This document shows, piece by piece, positions 10,537-22,627 of a DNA stretch of 64,000 nt. Origin of the DNA: Bacteroidaceae bacterium. Its GTDB lineage: Bacteria; Bacteroidota; Bacteroidia; Bacteroidales; Bacteroidaceae. Under the pieces are notes generated by a model. That model ran no database searches. It had not been told where the DNA came from and saw only the letters and a list, made by a program, of their open reading frames with translations. How positions within the stretch are numbered: the first letter of the stretch is position 1; the number at the start of each line of letters is the position of its first letter. The translations under genes and the position numbers were made by a program. Location of the stretch: contig JAZQVO010000038.1 in the NCBI GenBank assembly GCA_045631905.1, forward strand, positions 1,440 to 65,439, read 5' to 3'.

Positions 10537-10640
10537 ACAGATATTCATAATCATCTAAGGTAATTATACACTCTTCACAACAACAGTCATTACAAAATAC
10601 ATATGACAATTTTTTAATATTGTATACAACACCTTAGTAC

Positions 10641-10676
10641 AAAAAAAGCGACCAATTATAATTGGTCGCTTTTTTT
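10641..10676. terminator. Bidirectional hairpin terminator between convergent genes
   Basis: An A7 run, the gcgaccaatt/aattggtcgc 10-bp stem, then a T7 run. It lies between the FKBP gene (+) and the oxidoreductase gene (-). Confidence 0.75.
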
Positions 10677-10695
10677 GTATTCGATAAACTCAAAA

Positions 10696-12297
10696 CTAAA
10701 CAGAAGGCTTCTCCTCGTGATACTCGCTCTCGGTATTAACAGCCCACACCCTCGACTTTTCGCCCATGCCACACAAGCAATCGACAGCCTCAAAAGCAGT
10801 GAGCATCGAGTGATCCATATTATTATACCTGTGCTGACCGTTACGCCCTATGCAATAAAGATTCTCTATCCCATCGAGGAAATCGCGCACCACCTGCAAC
10901 TCATCATAGGTACCAAAGTAAGCAGGATAGGCCTTCTTCATGCGCACGATATGCGACGATTTAACAGCTCGCGCCTCAACAATACCAATCTTCTCAACCT
11001 CGGCAACAGCCATAGCAATAAAATCACTGTCGGCCATGCACCACATCTCGTCGCCCTCGTTGCAAAAATATTCAAGCCCTATGAAGAGAGTATTTTCAAA
11101 ATCGGCAACCATATAAGGCGACCAGTTATTAAACACCTGCAAACGCCCCACCTTCACATCACGCTCCTGAATATAAATCCAAGTATCGGGCACCCTGTCG
11201 GCATACGTTTTCAGTTTAGTGCAATTTTTAATAGACATCTTGTCCACCAACAAGCCCACGGTTATAAAATCGCGATAAGGGAGCCCCTCGGCCACTCTCT
11301 TCACCTCGGCAGGCACATCAATACCACGCAAAGCACCCACAAGTTCCTTTAAAGGCATCGACGAAAAGAAGCAATCGCAATCGACAGGTTGCAAAGAGCC
11401 ATCGGGCAAACGACACTCCACACGCACCACCCTGTTGTTCTCCACAACTACACCCTCTACACGATGCTCCATGTACAAAGAGCCTCCACCCTCCTTTACA
11501 ATATCGGCAACACGCTCCCACAACTGCCCGGGACCAAATTTAGGATAAATAAATTTCTCAATCAAAGAGGTCTCCACCCCCTTCTGCTCGATACCGCCTT
11601 TACGAAAAGATTTTGTAAAAGCATTCTTCAACAAAGCAGCCATAGAGAGCCCCTTCACACGTTGGCTACCCCAGTCGGCCCCAAGCTTTGACGGGTGCAC
11701 GCCCCACACCTTCTCGGTATAATCCTCAAAAAAAAGTTTATACAAAGGCTCGCCGAAACGGTTTATATAGAAATTCTCCAAAGAGTCCTCCTTGCGCTTG
11801 TTAAATTTAGCCGCAAGATAGCCGAATGCAGCCTTACAAGTGCGCACAACACCCATATTCGCCAAGGTAGACACATTCAACGAAACGGGGTAAGGGAAAA
11901 ATTTACGAAGGAAAAATATGCGCGACACACGCCTGCGTTGTAACATCACATTATCACACACCTGAGGGTCGGCATCACCGCCACAACGCTTTGCACCAAG
12001 CAAAAGCTCATCGAGAGCAGGTGATGTCTGCTCGGGCAGAATATTGCTCCACCACCGCATTACAGCATCGTTTTTCGAAAAAAAACGATGCCCGCCAATA
12101 TCCATGCGGTTACCCCCGAAATTAACAGTCTGCGACAAACCACCCACAGCCCTACTCTCTTCGAGAATGAGAGGTACATAATCGCACCTTTTCAACAACT
12201 CATAAGCAACTGTAAGACCGGCAGGACCGGCTCCGGCAATCACACATTTTTTCTTTTTATGCTCCATTAATCTATGGGGTATTAATTTATTCTTCAA
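10696..12297 (-). CDS. NAD(P)/FAD-dependent oxidoreductase (amine-oxidase / UDP-galactopyranose-mutase-like fold)
   Basis: 533 aa. The N-terminal [22 protein letters not shown]...[10 protein letters not shown] is a Rossmann dinucleotide-binding motif. Confidence 0.6.
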   Translation of the reverse strand: MKNKLIPHRLMEHKKKKCVIAGAGPAGLTVAYELLKRCDYVPLILEESRAVGGLSQTVNFGGNRMDIGGHRFFSKNDAVMRWWSNILPEQTSPALDELLLGAKRCGGDADPQVCDNVMLQRRRVSRIFFLRKFFPYPVSLNVSTLANMGVVRTCKAAFGYLAAKFNKRKEDSLENFYINRFGEPLYKLFFEDYTEKVWGVHPSKLGADWGSQRVKGLSMAALLKNAFTKSFRKGGIEQKGVETSLIEKFIYPKFGPGQLWERVADIVKEGGGSLYMEHRVEGVVVENNRVVRVECRLPDGSLQPVDCDCFFSSMPLKELVGALRGIDVPAEVKRVAEGLPYRDFITVGLLVDKMSIKNCTKLKTYADRVPDTWIYIQERDVKVGRLQVFNNWSPYMVADFENTLFIGLEYFCNEGDEMWCMADSDFIAMAVAEVEKIGIVEARAVKSSHIVRMKKAYPAYFGTYDELQVVRDFLDGIENLYCIGRNGQHRYNNMDHSMLTAFEAVDCLCGMGEKSRVWAVNTESEYHEEKPSV

Positions 12298-12457
12298 AAA
12301 TACGCTTTTTATGGTGCGACACCAAAAATAAATCGCAAAATAATAGAAACGTATTAAAATTATTTACAAAAATTTGGTTACGCCAACGCCAAGTACAAAT
12401 TCTCATAATAGAGATAAATTTAAACAGAACATAACAAGCAGATACTTTTATACAAAA

Positions 12458-12485
12458 AGAGTTGGGCGATGTGTCGCCCAACTCT
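12458..12485 (-). terminator. Hairpin terminator after groEL
   Basis: agagttgggcga / tcgcccaactct forms a 12-bp stem with a 4-nt loop. On the minus strand it is followed by ttttt. Confidence 0.75.
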
Positions 12486-12513
12486 GCTATATGATACAAT
12501 GTTTAAACTACTT

Positions 12514-14441
<1,928 letters not shown>

Positions 14442-14551
14442 AGTTGTAATATATTTTTTAAGTTCAATCCAAATATCATGCCCATCACAACATGAGCACA
14501 TTAATTATATAACGAAAAGCGTGCCAAAAAAGTTTTTTTGCCACAGTGGCG

Positions 14552-14559
14552 CAAAAATA
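14552..14559 (-). promoter_or_regulatory. Candidate -7 promoter box (TATTTTTG on the minus strand) for groES-groEL
   Basis: Plus-strand caaaaata is the reverse complement of TATTTTTG and matches TAnnTTTG, about 110 nt upstream of groES. Confidence 0.3.
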
Positions 14560-14724
14560 ATATCTATTTTATTATTTACATGGAAAAAATGCGACAAAAT
14601 GACACACCTATGTGTCAGTTAAAAAAACAGAACGCATTAATATCGCAAAAAAGCACATTTTTACGCAACTTATTTGTATTATTGCAAAACAAGCAAAATT
14701 CAACAACACCACATAAAGAACAAA

Positions 14725-16095
14725 ATGATAGTATCGTTAAAAAAGATTGTCGCCAAGATAGTAAATTTGGAAAGCGACAAAGGCATCGACGAAAACCGAA
14801 ATCTTTGGGCAATCATCAAGCTGATAAGCAGTTTCGGCAAGTTACAACAATCATCGGCTGCCCTCACCTACCACACACTATTTGCCATAGTACCCGTGAT
14901 GGCACTCATGGTAGCCATAGCCAACATCTTAGGCTACGGCGAAATATTCAAAGAACAAGTAGAGCTCTTCTTTCAAGGGCAAGAGATTATATCGGAAAGC
15001 CTTTTGGGCTTTGCCAACAGCTACCTGAACAACACCCAGGTAAGCTTTTGGTTAGGAGCCGGTATCGGACTCATACTGTTGCTATACTCCGTATTTTCAA
15101 TATTCCAAACCATCGACGCCACCTTTAACGCCCTGTGGAACATGCCCGGGCGCAACTTCACCCAACTGCTCAGCATCTTTGCCATAGTATTGCTGTTGCC
15201 ATTTGTGGCAATCATACTGCTTGCCATCTGGTGGACCATGTCCTCGTACCTCAAAGGAAGCATAATACACGAACTAAACGTCTTTCTTTTCACCGTTGGT
15301 ACATACATCGCATGCCTTTTTATAGCCTACAAGCTCATTCCACGCGCCGAGGTTAAAATAAAATACGCAGCGATAGCCGCAGTAGTATGCGGACTCGTCT
15401 TTGCCCTCATGCAATATTTCAGCTACACAATAATATCGATGTTCAGCAACTACCGCAACATATACGGCGACCTTGCCAGCCTCATCATATTCATATGGCT
15501 CATCTACCTTTCGTGGACAATCTGCATGGCCGGCAGTCGCTGGAACTATTTTCTGCAAAGAGCCGACAAACTTGTGCGCGAAAACAAATTTACAGGCATC
15601 AGCGACAACTACCGCAAGTTCCTATGCCTCATGACACTCGACAAAGCCGAGCAACTATGCTCGCTCACCGGTAAAGAATCGTTCGACATAGAATACATAT
15701 CGGGAGTAATAAACAGCGCCTACGATATACCCCCACACATATCATCGGTATTCATCACCTCCATGATAAATCGCGGAATATTCATCTCGCTCGACAACAA
15801 GAACAACTACCAAATATCAGGTCAATATCGTCACCGCACAATATTGGAACTTATAGAGCTCTTCGACAAAGCAGGCATAAACAAAGGAGCCATAGAAGAG
15901 GCACAAAACGCACACGAGCACAAGAACGCACAACTTTTGTGGCAATATATCAACGGAGAAAGTTCAATGGATAAAGAGGCGTGGAACATACCGCTCGAAA
16001 ACTTCTTCAACGCAAAAATAGATACCACCGCACAAGTTGCTAACAAGCCCGAAGAAAAAAAACTCATCGACCGCATATACAACCTATTTAAATAA
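14725..16095 (+). CDS. YihY/BrkB-family membrane protein with a C-terminal cytoplasmic extension
   Basis: The start is reset to the ATG at 14725 (MIVSLKKIV...). It has the multi-TM YihY core (AALTYHTLFAIVPVMALM...) and about 170 additional soluble residues at the C-terminus. Confidence 0.7.
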   Translation: MIVSLKKIVAKIVNLESDKGIDENRNLWAIIKLISSFGKLQQSSAALTYHTLFAIVPVMALMVAIANILGYGEIFKEQVELFFQGQEIISESLLGFANSYLNNTQVSFWLGAGIGLILLLYSVFSIFQTIDATFNALWNMPGRNFTQLLSIFAIVLLLPFVAIILLAIWWTMSSYLKGSIIHELNVFLFTVGTYIACLFIAYKLIPRAEVKIKYAAIAAVVCGLVFALMQYFSYTIISMFSNYRNIYGDLASLIIFIWLIYLSWTICMAGSRWNYFLQRADKLVRENKFTGISDNYRKFLCLMTLDKAEQLCSLTGKESFDIEYISGVINSAYDIPPHISSVFITSMINRGIFISLDNKNNYQISGQYRHRTILELIELFDKAGINKGAIEEAQNAHEHKNAQLLWQYINGESSMDKEAWNIPLENFFNAKIDTTAQVANKPEEKKLIDRIYNLFK

Positions 16096-16106
16096 CAACC
16101 ACAAAT

Positions 16107-17276
16107 ATGAAATACTCCAAAATACCACTACTTGTAAAAATTGTAATTGCCATAATAACAGGCATCATAGGCGGATTACTCTTCCCCACATGGCTTGCAC
16201 GAGTATTTGTAACCATAAACTCAGTGTTCGGCAACTTCCTCACCTTCATAATCCCCCTGCTCATATTAGGCCTCATTGCCCCCGGCATTGCCGAAGTTGG
16301 TAAAAGAGCCAAAAACCTGCTCCTGCTCACCGCCCTGATATCCTACCTTTTCACCATCTTTGCAGGCCTCTTCTCATATGGCACATGCACACTTACCTAC
16401 CCCTATCTCCTTGGTAACACCGACATTACCAACGTAGCAAGCACAAGCACCGCACTCACCCCCTACTTCACAATAGAGATGCCCCCGCTCTTTGGTGTCA
16501 TGAGCGCACTCATAACAGCCTTCGTGCTGGGCATAGGCATGAGCGCGATAAAGAACGGAGCCCTCTTTTCGGCCATGAACGACCTTAAAGATATAATAAC
16601 CAAAACAATATCCGGAGCCATAATACCACTTTTACCACTATACATCTTCGGAATATTCATATCAATTACCCAAAGCGGGCAGATAGCCCCCGTGCTTGGA
16701 GTATTCATAAAAATAATAGTACTCATATTTGCAATCGCAATAATGGTACTATTAATACAATTTATAATAGCAGGTATAATCAGCCGTAAGAACCCCTTCG
16801 CGATGCTGAAAAACATGATACCCGCATATTTCACAGCCCTCGGCACACAATCATCGGCAGCAACAATACCCGTGACACTTGCACAAAGCAAGAAAAACGG
16901 TGTCAGAGACGAAATTGCCGACTTCACAATCCCCCTCTGCGCCACCATACACCTATCGGGCAGTACACTCAAAATAGTAGCATGCGCCCTTGCCATCATA
17001 GCCATGTCGGGCGGTAGTTGCGACTTTCAAACAATGACAGGCTTCATACTAATGCTCGGAATAACCATGATAGCCGCCCCCGGTGTACCAGGCGGTGCCA
17101 TAATGGCATCACTCGGCATACTCGAAAGCATGCTCGGTTTCAACCAAGAAGCTCTTGGGCTCATGATAGCCCTCTACATAGCCATGGACAGCTTCGGAAC
17201 CGCCACAAATGTCACAGGCGACGGAGCCGTATCAGTAATAATCGACACCATAGACAAAAAGAGAAAGCACAAATAA
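16107..17276 (+). CDS. Dicarboxylate/amino acid:cation symporter (SstT-like serine/threonine transporter)
   Basis: 389 aa and multi-TM. TQSSAATIPVTL and GVPGGAIMASLGIL are DAACS-family motifs. Confidence 0.7.
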   Translation: MKYSKIPLLVKIVIAIITGIIGGLLFPTWLARVFVTINSVFGNFLTFIIPLLILGLIAPGIAEVGKRAKNLLLLTALISYLFTIFAGLFSYGTCTLTYPYLLGNTDITNVASTSTALTPYFTIEMPPLFGVMSALITAFVLGIGMSAIKNGALFSAMNDLKDIITKTISGAIIPLLPLYIFGIFISITQSGQIAPVLGVFIKIIVLIFAIAIMVLLIQFIIAGIISRKNPFAMLKNMIPAYFTALGTQSSAATIPVTLAQSKKNGVRDEIADFTIPLCATIHLSGSTLKIVACALAIIAMSGGSCDFQTMTGFILMLGITMIAAPGVPGGAIMASLGILESMLGFNQEALGLMIALYIAMDSFGTATNVTGDGAVSVIIDTIDKKRKHK

Positions 17277-17310
17277 ATTACGAAAAAATAAAAAAACAAC
17301 ATTTTATTTT

Positions 17311-17349
17311 GAAATCTGCCACCGAGGAGCTACCTTTGTGGCAGATTTC
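17311..17349 (+). terminator. Hairpin after the symporter gene
   Basis: gaaatctgccac / gtggcagatttc forms a 12-bp stem with a 15-nt loop. It has no clear T-tract and directly abuts the riboswitch. Confidence 0.45.
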
Positions 17350-17430
17350 ATTAACGGGGTGCCTTAATACACGGGCTGAGATCATACCCAAGAACCTGAT
17401 CCGGGTAATGCCGGCGGAGGGAGATAGTCG
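17350..17430 (+). promoter_or_regulatory. TPP (THI-box) riboswitch
   Basis: acggggtgcc...gggctgagatcatacccaagaacctgatccgggtaatgccggcggagggag matches the conserved TPP aptamer blocks (GGGGUGC, CUGAGA, ACCC, GAACCUGAUC.GG.UAAUGCC.GCG.AGGGA). It sits upstream of thiamine uptake genes. Confidence 0.88.
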
Positions 17431-17543
17431 AATGGCGTGCACACATTCGGCGACACAGGAAAAATCCCCATTTTCTGTTTAACCACAGAGCTTGGAGGAT
17501 TCTTTTTTTACCCTCCACGCTCTACAAATTATTGAAAAATACA

Positions 17544-19781
17544 ATGAAAAAAAGAGCATTGTTATGCTACATTCTAAGTGTAGCGATGGTTGCGTATGCA
17601 CAAGAGGACACAGCCAAGAAAGACAGCTTACAACGAGTAAGCCTGCAAGAAGTTGAAGTACTGTCGGTACGCGCAACCGAGACCACCCCCGTGGCCTACA
17701 CAAACATCAGTCGCGAAGAGCTAAAAAAACACAACACCGGTGTCGATTTTCCCAACCTCATTAACATGACACCAAGCGCAATAACCACCAGCGACGCAGG
17801 AACAGGCATCGGCTACACCTCGCTACGCATACGAGGAACCGACGGCACACGCATAAACGTAACCGCCAACGGAATACCCATAAACGACGCCGAAAGCCAT
17901 ACCGTTTTCTGGGTAAACCTTCCCGACCTTGCCTCCTCGGTAAAAGACGTACAGATACAACGCGGAGCAGGCACATCGACCAACGGAGCAGGAGCCTTCG
18001 GCGCAAGCATAAACATGCAACTCAACGAGTTCAACAGCAAGCCCTACGGCGAGATAAGCAGTTCGATAGGCTCGTTCGGCACACACAAAACCACCCTCAA
18101 CGTAGGCACAGGTATCATGAACGACCATTGGGCACTAGATGCCCGCCTCTCCGACATAGGCAGCGACGGCTACATAAAACGCGCAAAAACCTCCCTACAA
18201 TCGTACTACCTGCAAGGCAGTTATTACAACGACAACACCGCCATAAAATTCATAACCTTCTCGGGCGAAGAGGAGACCTACCACGCATGGAACTACGCCT
18301 CAAAGGAAGAGATGAGGCTCTACGGTCGCCGATACAACAGTTGCGGATACATGTACACCGACGACAACGGCAAAGCCCACTATTACGACGACCAAACCGA
18401 CAACTACAAACAACAAAACTACCAACTCCTTGCCGACCACATTTTCTCCTCTAAATGGAAAGCAAACATCGGCCTGCACTACACCAAGGGCGACGGCTAC
18501 TACCAAGAATACAAGACCGGCCGAAAACTCATAGAATACGCCCTTACACCATTTGAGCAGGACGGCAACATAGTAAAAAAGAGCGACCTCGTGCGCAAAA
18601 AAGCCATGGACAACCACTTTGGCGGAGCAATATTCTCGGTAAACTACATCGACGACCGCTTGAACGCCACCCTTGGCGGAGCCGTAAACCGTTACATAGG
18701 AGATCACTTTGGGCATGTACTCTGGGTAAAAAACTATTCAGGCAACCTCACCCCCAACCACGAATATTACCGTAACCAAGGACAAAAAAACGATGCCAAC
18801 ATCTACCTAAAAGGTGACCTCAAACTAACAAAAAGAGTGAACGCATACGGAGATATACAGTTCCGCCACATCACATACAAAATAGACGGACACAACGACA
18901 AGTGGAACGACAACGACGAAGCCCTGCAACAACTCGCCATAGACGAAACCTTCAACTTTGTAAACCCCAAAGCCGGTATCTCATGGCAGATAAACAACAA
19001 CAGCCGTCTCTTCGGCTCCGTGAGCATGGCACACAAAGAGCCAACACGCAACAACTACACCGACGGCAAGCTCCACGAACGCCCCAAAGCCGAGCAACTA
19101 CTCGACTACGAGCTGGGCTACACCTATGCAAACAACAAATTCCACATGGGAGCAAACATCTACTACATGAACTACAAAGACCAACTTGTGCTCACCGGCG
19201 AGCTCAACGAGATAGGCGAAGCACTAGCCGCCAACGTACCTCACAGCTACCGCGCAGGCATAGAGCTCATGGCAGGCATTAAACTACCCTGTGGCTTTTC
19301 ATGGGACATAAACGCCACATTCAGCCGTAACCGCATAAAGAACTTCACCGAAACACTCTACGAAGAAGAGTGGGTAGGCGGAAACCGTTGGGTGATAGAG
19401 CACGGCGACACCCCCATAGCCTTCTCGCCCGAAGTTGTAGCAAACAACACACTAAGCTACACATTCAAAGGCTTCGAAGCATCGTTGCATACACAATATG
19501 TAAGCAAGCAATACATGAGCAACGCCAAACAGAGCGACCAAACCCTCGATGCCTATCTGGTGAGCAACCTACGCATGGCCTACAACTTCGCGTGCCCCCA
19601 CACCAAAGGCATCACAGTAGGCGTTACCGTGTACAACCTCTTCGACCACGAATACGAGAACAACGGCTACGCAGGAAGCGGTTTCTACATGGACAACGAC
19701 ACCAAAGTACGCTACAACTATGCAGGATATGCGGCACAAGCAGGCATAAACGCACTTGCAAACATAACCATAAGACTATAA
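17544..19781 (+). CDS. TonB-dependent outer-membrane receptor (thiamine-associated, OMthi-like)
   Basis: Signal peptide, a plug domain (LRIRGTDGTRINVTANGIPINDAES...) and a C-terminal beta-barrel ending in a hydrophobic residue. The ATG at 17544 is preferred over the TTG at 17532. A TPP riboswitch lies upstream. Confidence 0.85.
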   Translation: MKKRALLCYILSVAMVAYAQEDTAKKDSLQRVSLQEVEVLSVRATETTPVAYTNISREELKKHNTGVDFPNLINMTPSAITTSDAGTGIGYTSLRIRGTDGTRINVTANGIPINDAESHTVFWVNLPDLASSVKDVQIQRGAGTSTNGAGAFGASINMQLNEFNSKPYGEISSSIGSFGTHKTTLNVGTGIMNDHWALDARLSDIGSDGYIKRAKTSLQSYYLQGSYYNDNTAIKFITFSGEEETYHAWNYASKEEMRLYGRRYNSCGYMYTDDNGKAHYYDDQTDNYKQQNYQLLADHIFSSKWKANIGLHYTKGDGYYQEYKTGRKLIEYALTPFEQDGNIVKKSDLVRKKAMDNHFGGAIFSVNYIDDRLNATLGGAVNRYIGDHFGHVLWVKNYSGNLTPNHEYYRNQGQKNDANIYLKGDLKLTKRVNAYGDIQFRHITYKIDGHNDKWNDNDEALQQLAIDETFNFVNPKAGISWQINNNSRLFGSVSMAHKEPTRNNYTDGKLHERPKAEQLLDYELGYTYANNKFHMGANIYYMNYKDQLVLTGELNEIGEALAANVPHSYRAGIELMAGIKLPCGFSWDINATFSRNRIKNFTETLYEEEWVGGNRWVIEHGDTPIAFSPEVVANNTLSYTFKGFEASLHTQYVSKQYMSNAKQSDQTLDAYLVSNLRMAYNFACPHTKGITVGVTVYNLFDHEYENNGYAGSGFYMDNDTKVRYNYAGYAAQAGINALANITIRL

Positions 19782-19786
19782 CACAC

Positions 19787-20383
19787 ATGGAAACGGCAAT
19801 AGAGATAATAGGAACCCTTGTCGGGATAATTTACCTATGGTTAGAATACCGTGCAAGCATATACCTGTGGATAGCAAGCATCATAATGCCGGCAATATAC
19901 CTATACATATACTACACAGCAGGGCTATACGCCGACTTTGGCATAAACATATACTACCTGCTCATAGCCCTATATGGCTGGTTGGCATGGCGTTACGGCT
20001 TCGCACTCTTTGGCCGTGAGAAAAAAGCAGAGATAGAGCTTAAAATAACCCACACCCCCAAAAGGGTGTGGGCCAAGCTCCTTCTCACATACACTATTGC
20101 ACAAACCACAATAGCCTACATACTGATAAACCACACCGACAGCACCGTACCCTTGTGGGACTCATTCACCACCTCCCTGAGCATAGTCGGAATGTATATG
20201 CTCGCACGCAAATACATTGAACAGTGGTGGGTGTGGCTTGTGGTAGACATAACAAGCGCCGGACTATACATACACAAAGAGCTCTATTTTACCGCCATAC
20301 TTTATGCCGTTTACGCCATAATATCTATCTTTGGCTATCGCGAATGGAAAAAAATAATGCAGAACCATGAAACAGAACTATGA
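19787..20383 (+). CDS. pnuT: PnuC-family transporter (thiamine transporter PnuT-like)
   Basis: METAIEIIGTLVGIIYLWLEYRASIYLW... gives 198 aa and multiple TM segments, as in the nicotinamide riboside/thiamine Pnu family. The ORF-track start at 19370 overlaps the receptor gene and is rejected. Confidence 0.8.
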   Translation: METAIEIIGTLVGIIYLWLEYRASIYLWIASIIMPAIYLYIYYTAGLYADFGINIYYLLIALYGWLAWRYGFALFGREKKAEIELKITHTPKRVWAKLLLTYTIAQTTIAYILINHTDSTVPLWDSFTTSLSIVGMYMLARKYIEQWWVWLVVDITSAGLYIHKELYFTAILYAVYAIISIFGYREWKKIMQNHETEL

Positions 20384-20990
20384 TGCAGTTATAATAGCCA
20401 ACGGAGAATACCCGTTTGCACCCCAAGCCCTCGAAATTATCTCCAACGCACCATACGTAGTATGTTGCGACGGAGGAGCCGACAACTACATCGCCCACGG
20501 GCACACCCCCGACATAATCATCGGCGACGGAGACTCACTCAGCCATGCCAACCGCGCCAAATACGCCCACCTCTTCGTTCATGTAACCGAGCAAGAAAAC
20601 AACGACCAGACAAAAGCAGTAAAACACCTAATGGAAAGAGGCAAAAACCACATAGCCATAGTTGGAGCAACAGGCAAACGCGAAGACCACACCTTGGGCA
20701 ACATAAGCCTTCTCATGGAGTATGCCCGTGCCGGAGCACAAGTATGTTCATACACCAACTACGGAGTATTTATCCCCTGCAAAGGAAAATTCACATACAC
20801 AGCCACAAAAGGCCAACAAATATCCATATTCAACTTCGGAGCAAAGAATTTCGCATCGAAAGGGCTCCTGTACCCAATATACGACTTCACAAATTGGTGG
20901 CAAGGCACCCTGAACGAGTGTACGCAAGAAGATGTAGAGATAACAGCCGATGGAGAATATATGATATTTATAAACTACCCCAACCCCTAA
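20367..20990 (+). CDS. Thiamine pyrophosphokinase
   Basis: 207 aa. VVCCDGGADN and IIGDGDSL are TPK catalytic-domain motifs. It overlaps the pnuT stop by 17 nt. Confidence 0.8.
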   Translation: MKQNYDAVIIANGEYPFAPQALEIISNAPYVVCCDGGADNYIAHGHTPDIIIGDGDSLSHANRAKYAHLFVHVTEQENNDQTKAVKHLMERGKNHIAIVGATGKREDHTLGNISLLMEYARAGAQVCSYTNYGVFIPCKGKFTYTATKGQQISIFNFGAKNFASKGLLYPIYDFTNWWQGTLNECTQEDVEITADGEYMIFINYPNP

Positions 20991-22621
20991 ACACCAAAAC
21001 AAGCAGGCGAAACAAATTCCACACGACGACCACTCACAGGGTGTTCAAACGCAATGAAACACGCATGTAACATAAGCCTCTGACCGGCCATGCCATACAA
21101 AGCATCTCCAACAATAGGCACATCGAGCCCTAAACGATGGGCACAATGCACACGCAACTGATGCGTGCGCCCCGTAACAGGAACAAGAGAAACCAAAGCA
21201 CACTCCCTGCCATTCCACACAGACTTGCGCAAAACCCTGTACAAAGTAACAGCCTCCTTGCCACACACAAAGTCCACCTTCTGACAAGGCCTATGCTCAT
21301 AATCGGGCATCAAAGGCAAACAAACCTCCCCTTCACCCTTTACCGGCACACCCTCCAAAAGAGCCACATACTCCTTCTCCACAAGACGCGATGCAAAAAG
21401 AGCCTGCATAGCCCTATACACCTCCATGGAACGTGCCACCACAAGAATACCCGACGTTGCCATGTCGAGCCTGTGAGCCACAAACAAATCGTTACTGTTA
21501 TACTTTGCCCGCAACCAATCCTGCACACTCACACCACCAACAATCCCCGGCACCGACAAAACCCCATGCGGTTTCTCCACCACCACGAGAGCCTCATCTT
21601 CAAAAAGAATCTTTATATCGCCCACATCGCCACCACGCTCCACAGCCGACTCCTCCACATTCAGCCCCTGCAACATAAAGGTGAGAATAGGCAAACATTT
21701 GCTCTTGCACGAAGGGTAAAAAGCACCATCGCGACGCACCTCACCCACAGGCGAAGCGCCAACCCAAAATTCAGCCATCGCAAGCGGTTGCATACCATTC
21801 AAAAAGGCATATTGCAACAACTTGGGAGCAGCACACTCCCCTGCACCGGCAGGTGGCAAGCCACCTGTATATTCCTCAAAAACCGAAAGAAGATTCTTCT
21901 CCTCGCCACGCGCATTAAGTATCTTGAAATTTGAGAAAAGCCACTCCTGCAAAGCAGCCGAACGCTCCTTGCGCTCACAGGCAAGGCCGGCAATCTTCTC
22001 CTCAAACGGGCGCACAGCGACCTTTGCTTGCTCCACCCGTTCGGCCCAGCACCTCGACACCCTTTTAAGCTCGGCCTTCTCAAACTGGCTACAACGCACC
22101 ATCGTGGCAAGTTCTTCGGGCGACAAGCCACCCTCGCCACGCTTAACAGCACGAGCCTCCTTGTTCTTCGCGTTTACAGCCCGACGAGCCTCCACAGCCC
22201 GACGAGCCTCCTCCTCGACATGTTGCATAGCAGCAACAGCCAAAGAGTACTCTTCGCACTCCTTCAATATTTTAATCTCCCCATTTATAGCACTTATAGA
22301 GGCCTCTTCTCGCTTAAAATAACCATCGGGAGCAAGAAAATCGAAAACAGGAGGAACAAACCCCTCAACCCTGTTGCTACCACAAAGCAAACCTGAGAAA
22401 CCGGCAAGATAACCAACCACACCATCACCATCGCGCACCACCAGCACGCCAAACATTTTACCCGTGGAGGCATCGGCAGCCACAGCACTCTCGGCCAAAA
22501 GAGAGGCACGCAACTCCCTCACCGCAACATCACACAACGGGTGAGAGCGGTAGTAAAAAGGGTTATTAAATGAAACAGGCTCTTCAATACCGGATATATC
22601 CTCCTTAAACCTATGAAACAT
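20987..22621 (-). CDS. RluA-family pseudouridine synthase with an N-terminal extension of about 300 aa
   Basis: The C-terminal half has the HRLDMATSGILVVARS catalytic motif. The N-terminal half (GKMFGVLVVRDGDGVVGYLAGFSG plus a charged helical segment) is not part of the minimal RluA. Confidence 0.8.
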   Translation of the reverse strand: MFHRFKEDISGIEEPVSFNNPFYYRSHPLCDVAVRELRASLLAESAVAADASTGKMFGVLVVRDGDGVVGYLAGFSGLLCGSNRVEGFVPPVFDFLAPDGYFKREEASISAINGEIKILKECEEYSLAVAAMQHVEEEARRAVEARRAVNAKNKEARAVKRGEGGLSPEELATMVRCSQFEKAELKRVSRCWAERVEQAKVAVRPFEEKIAGLACERKERSAALQEWLFSNFKILNARGEEKNLLSVFEEYTGGLPPAGAGECAAPKLLQYAFLNGMQPLAMAEFWVGASPVGEVRRDGAFYPSCKSKCLPILTFMLQGLNVEESAVERGGDVGDIKILFEDEALVVVEKPHGVLSVPGIVGGVSVQDWLRAKYNSNDLFVAHRLDMATSGILVVARSMEVYRAMQALFASRLVEKEYVALLEGVPVKGEGEVCLPLMPDYEHRPCQKVDFVCGKEAVTLYRVLRKSVWNGRECALVSLVPVTGRTHQLRVHCAHRLGLDVPIVGDALYGMAGQRLMLHACFIAFEHPVSGRRVEFVSPACFGV

Positions 22622-22627
22622 ACACTA

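Noticed and set aside
14442-14501. 20 extra N-terminal codons on GroES ([20 protein letters not shown]). A similar case is 17 extra codons on the YihY ORF (14674-14724).
   Set aside because: The conserved family N-termini start at the internal ATGs, [10 protein letters not shown] and MIVSLKKIV.
19370-19786. A 139-codon extension of the PnuT ORF overlapping the TonB receptor gene.
   Set aside because: The extension is Arg/His-rich and lies inside the receptor barrel coding region. The PnuC-family sequence starts at METAIEIIG (19787).
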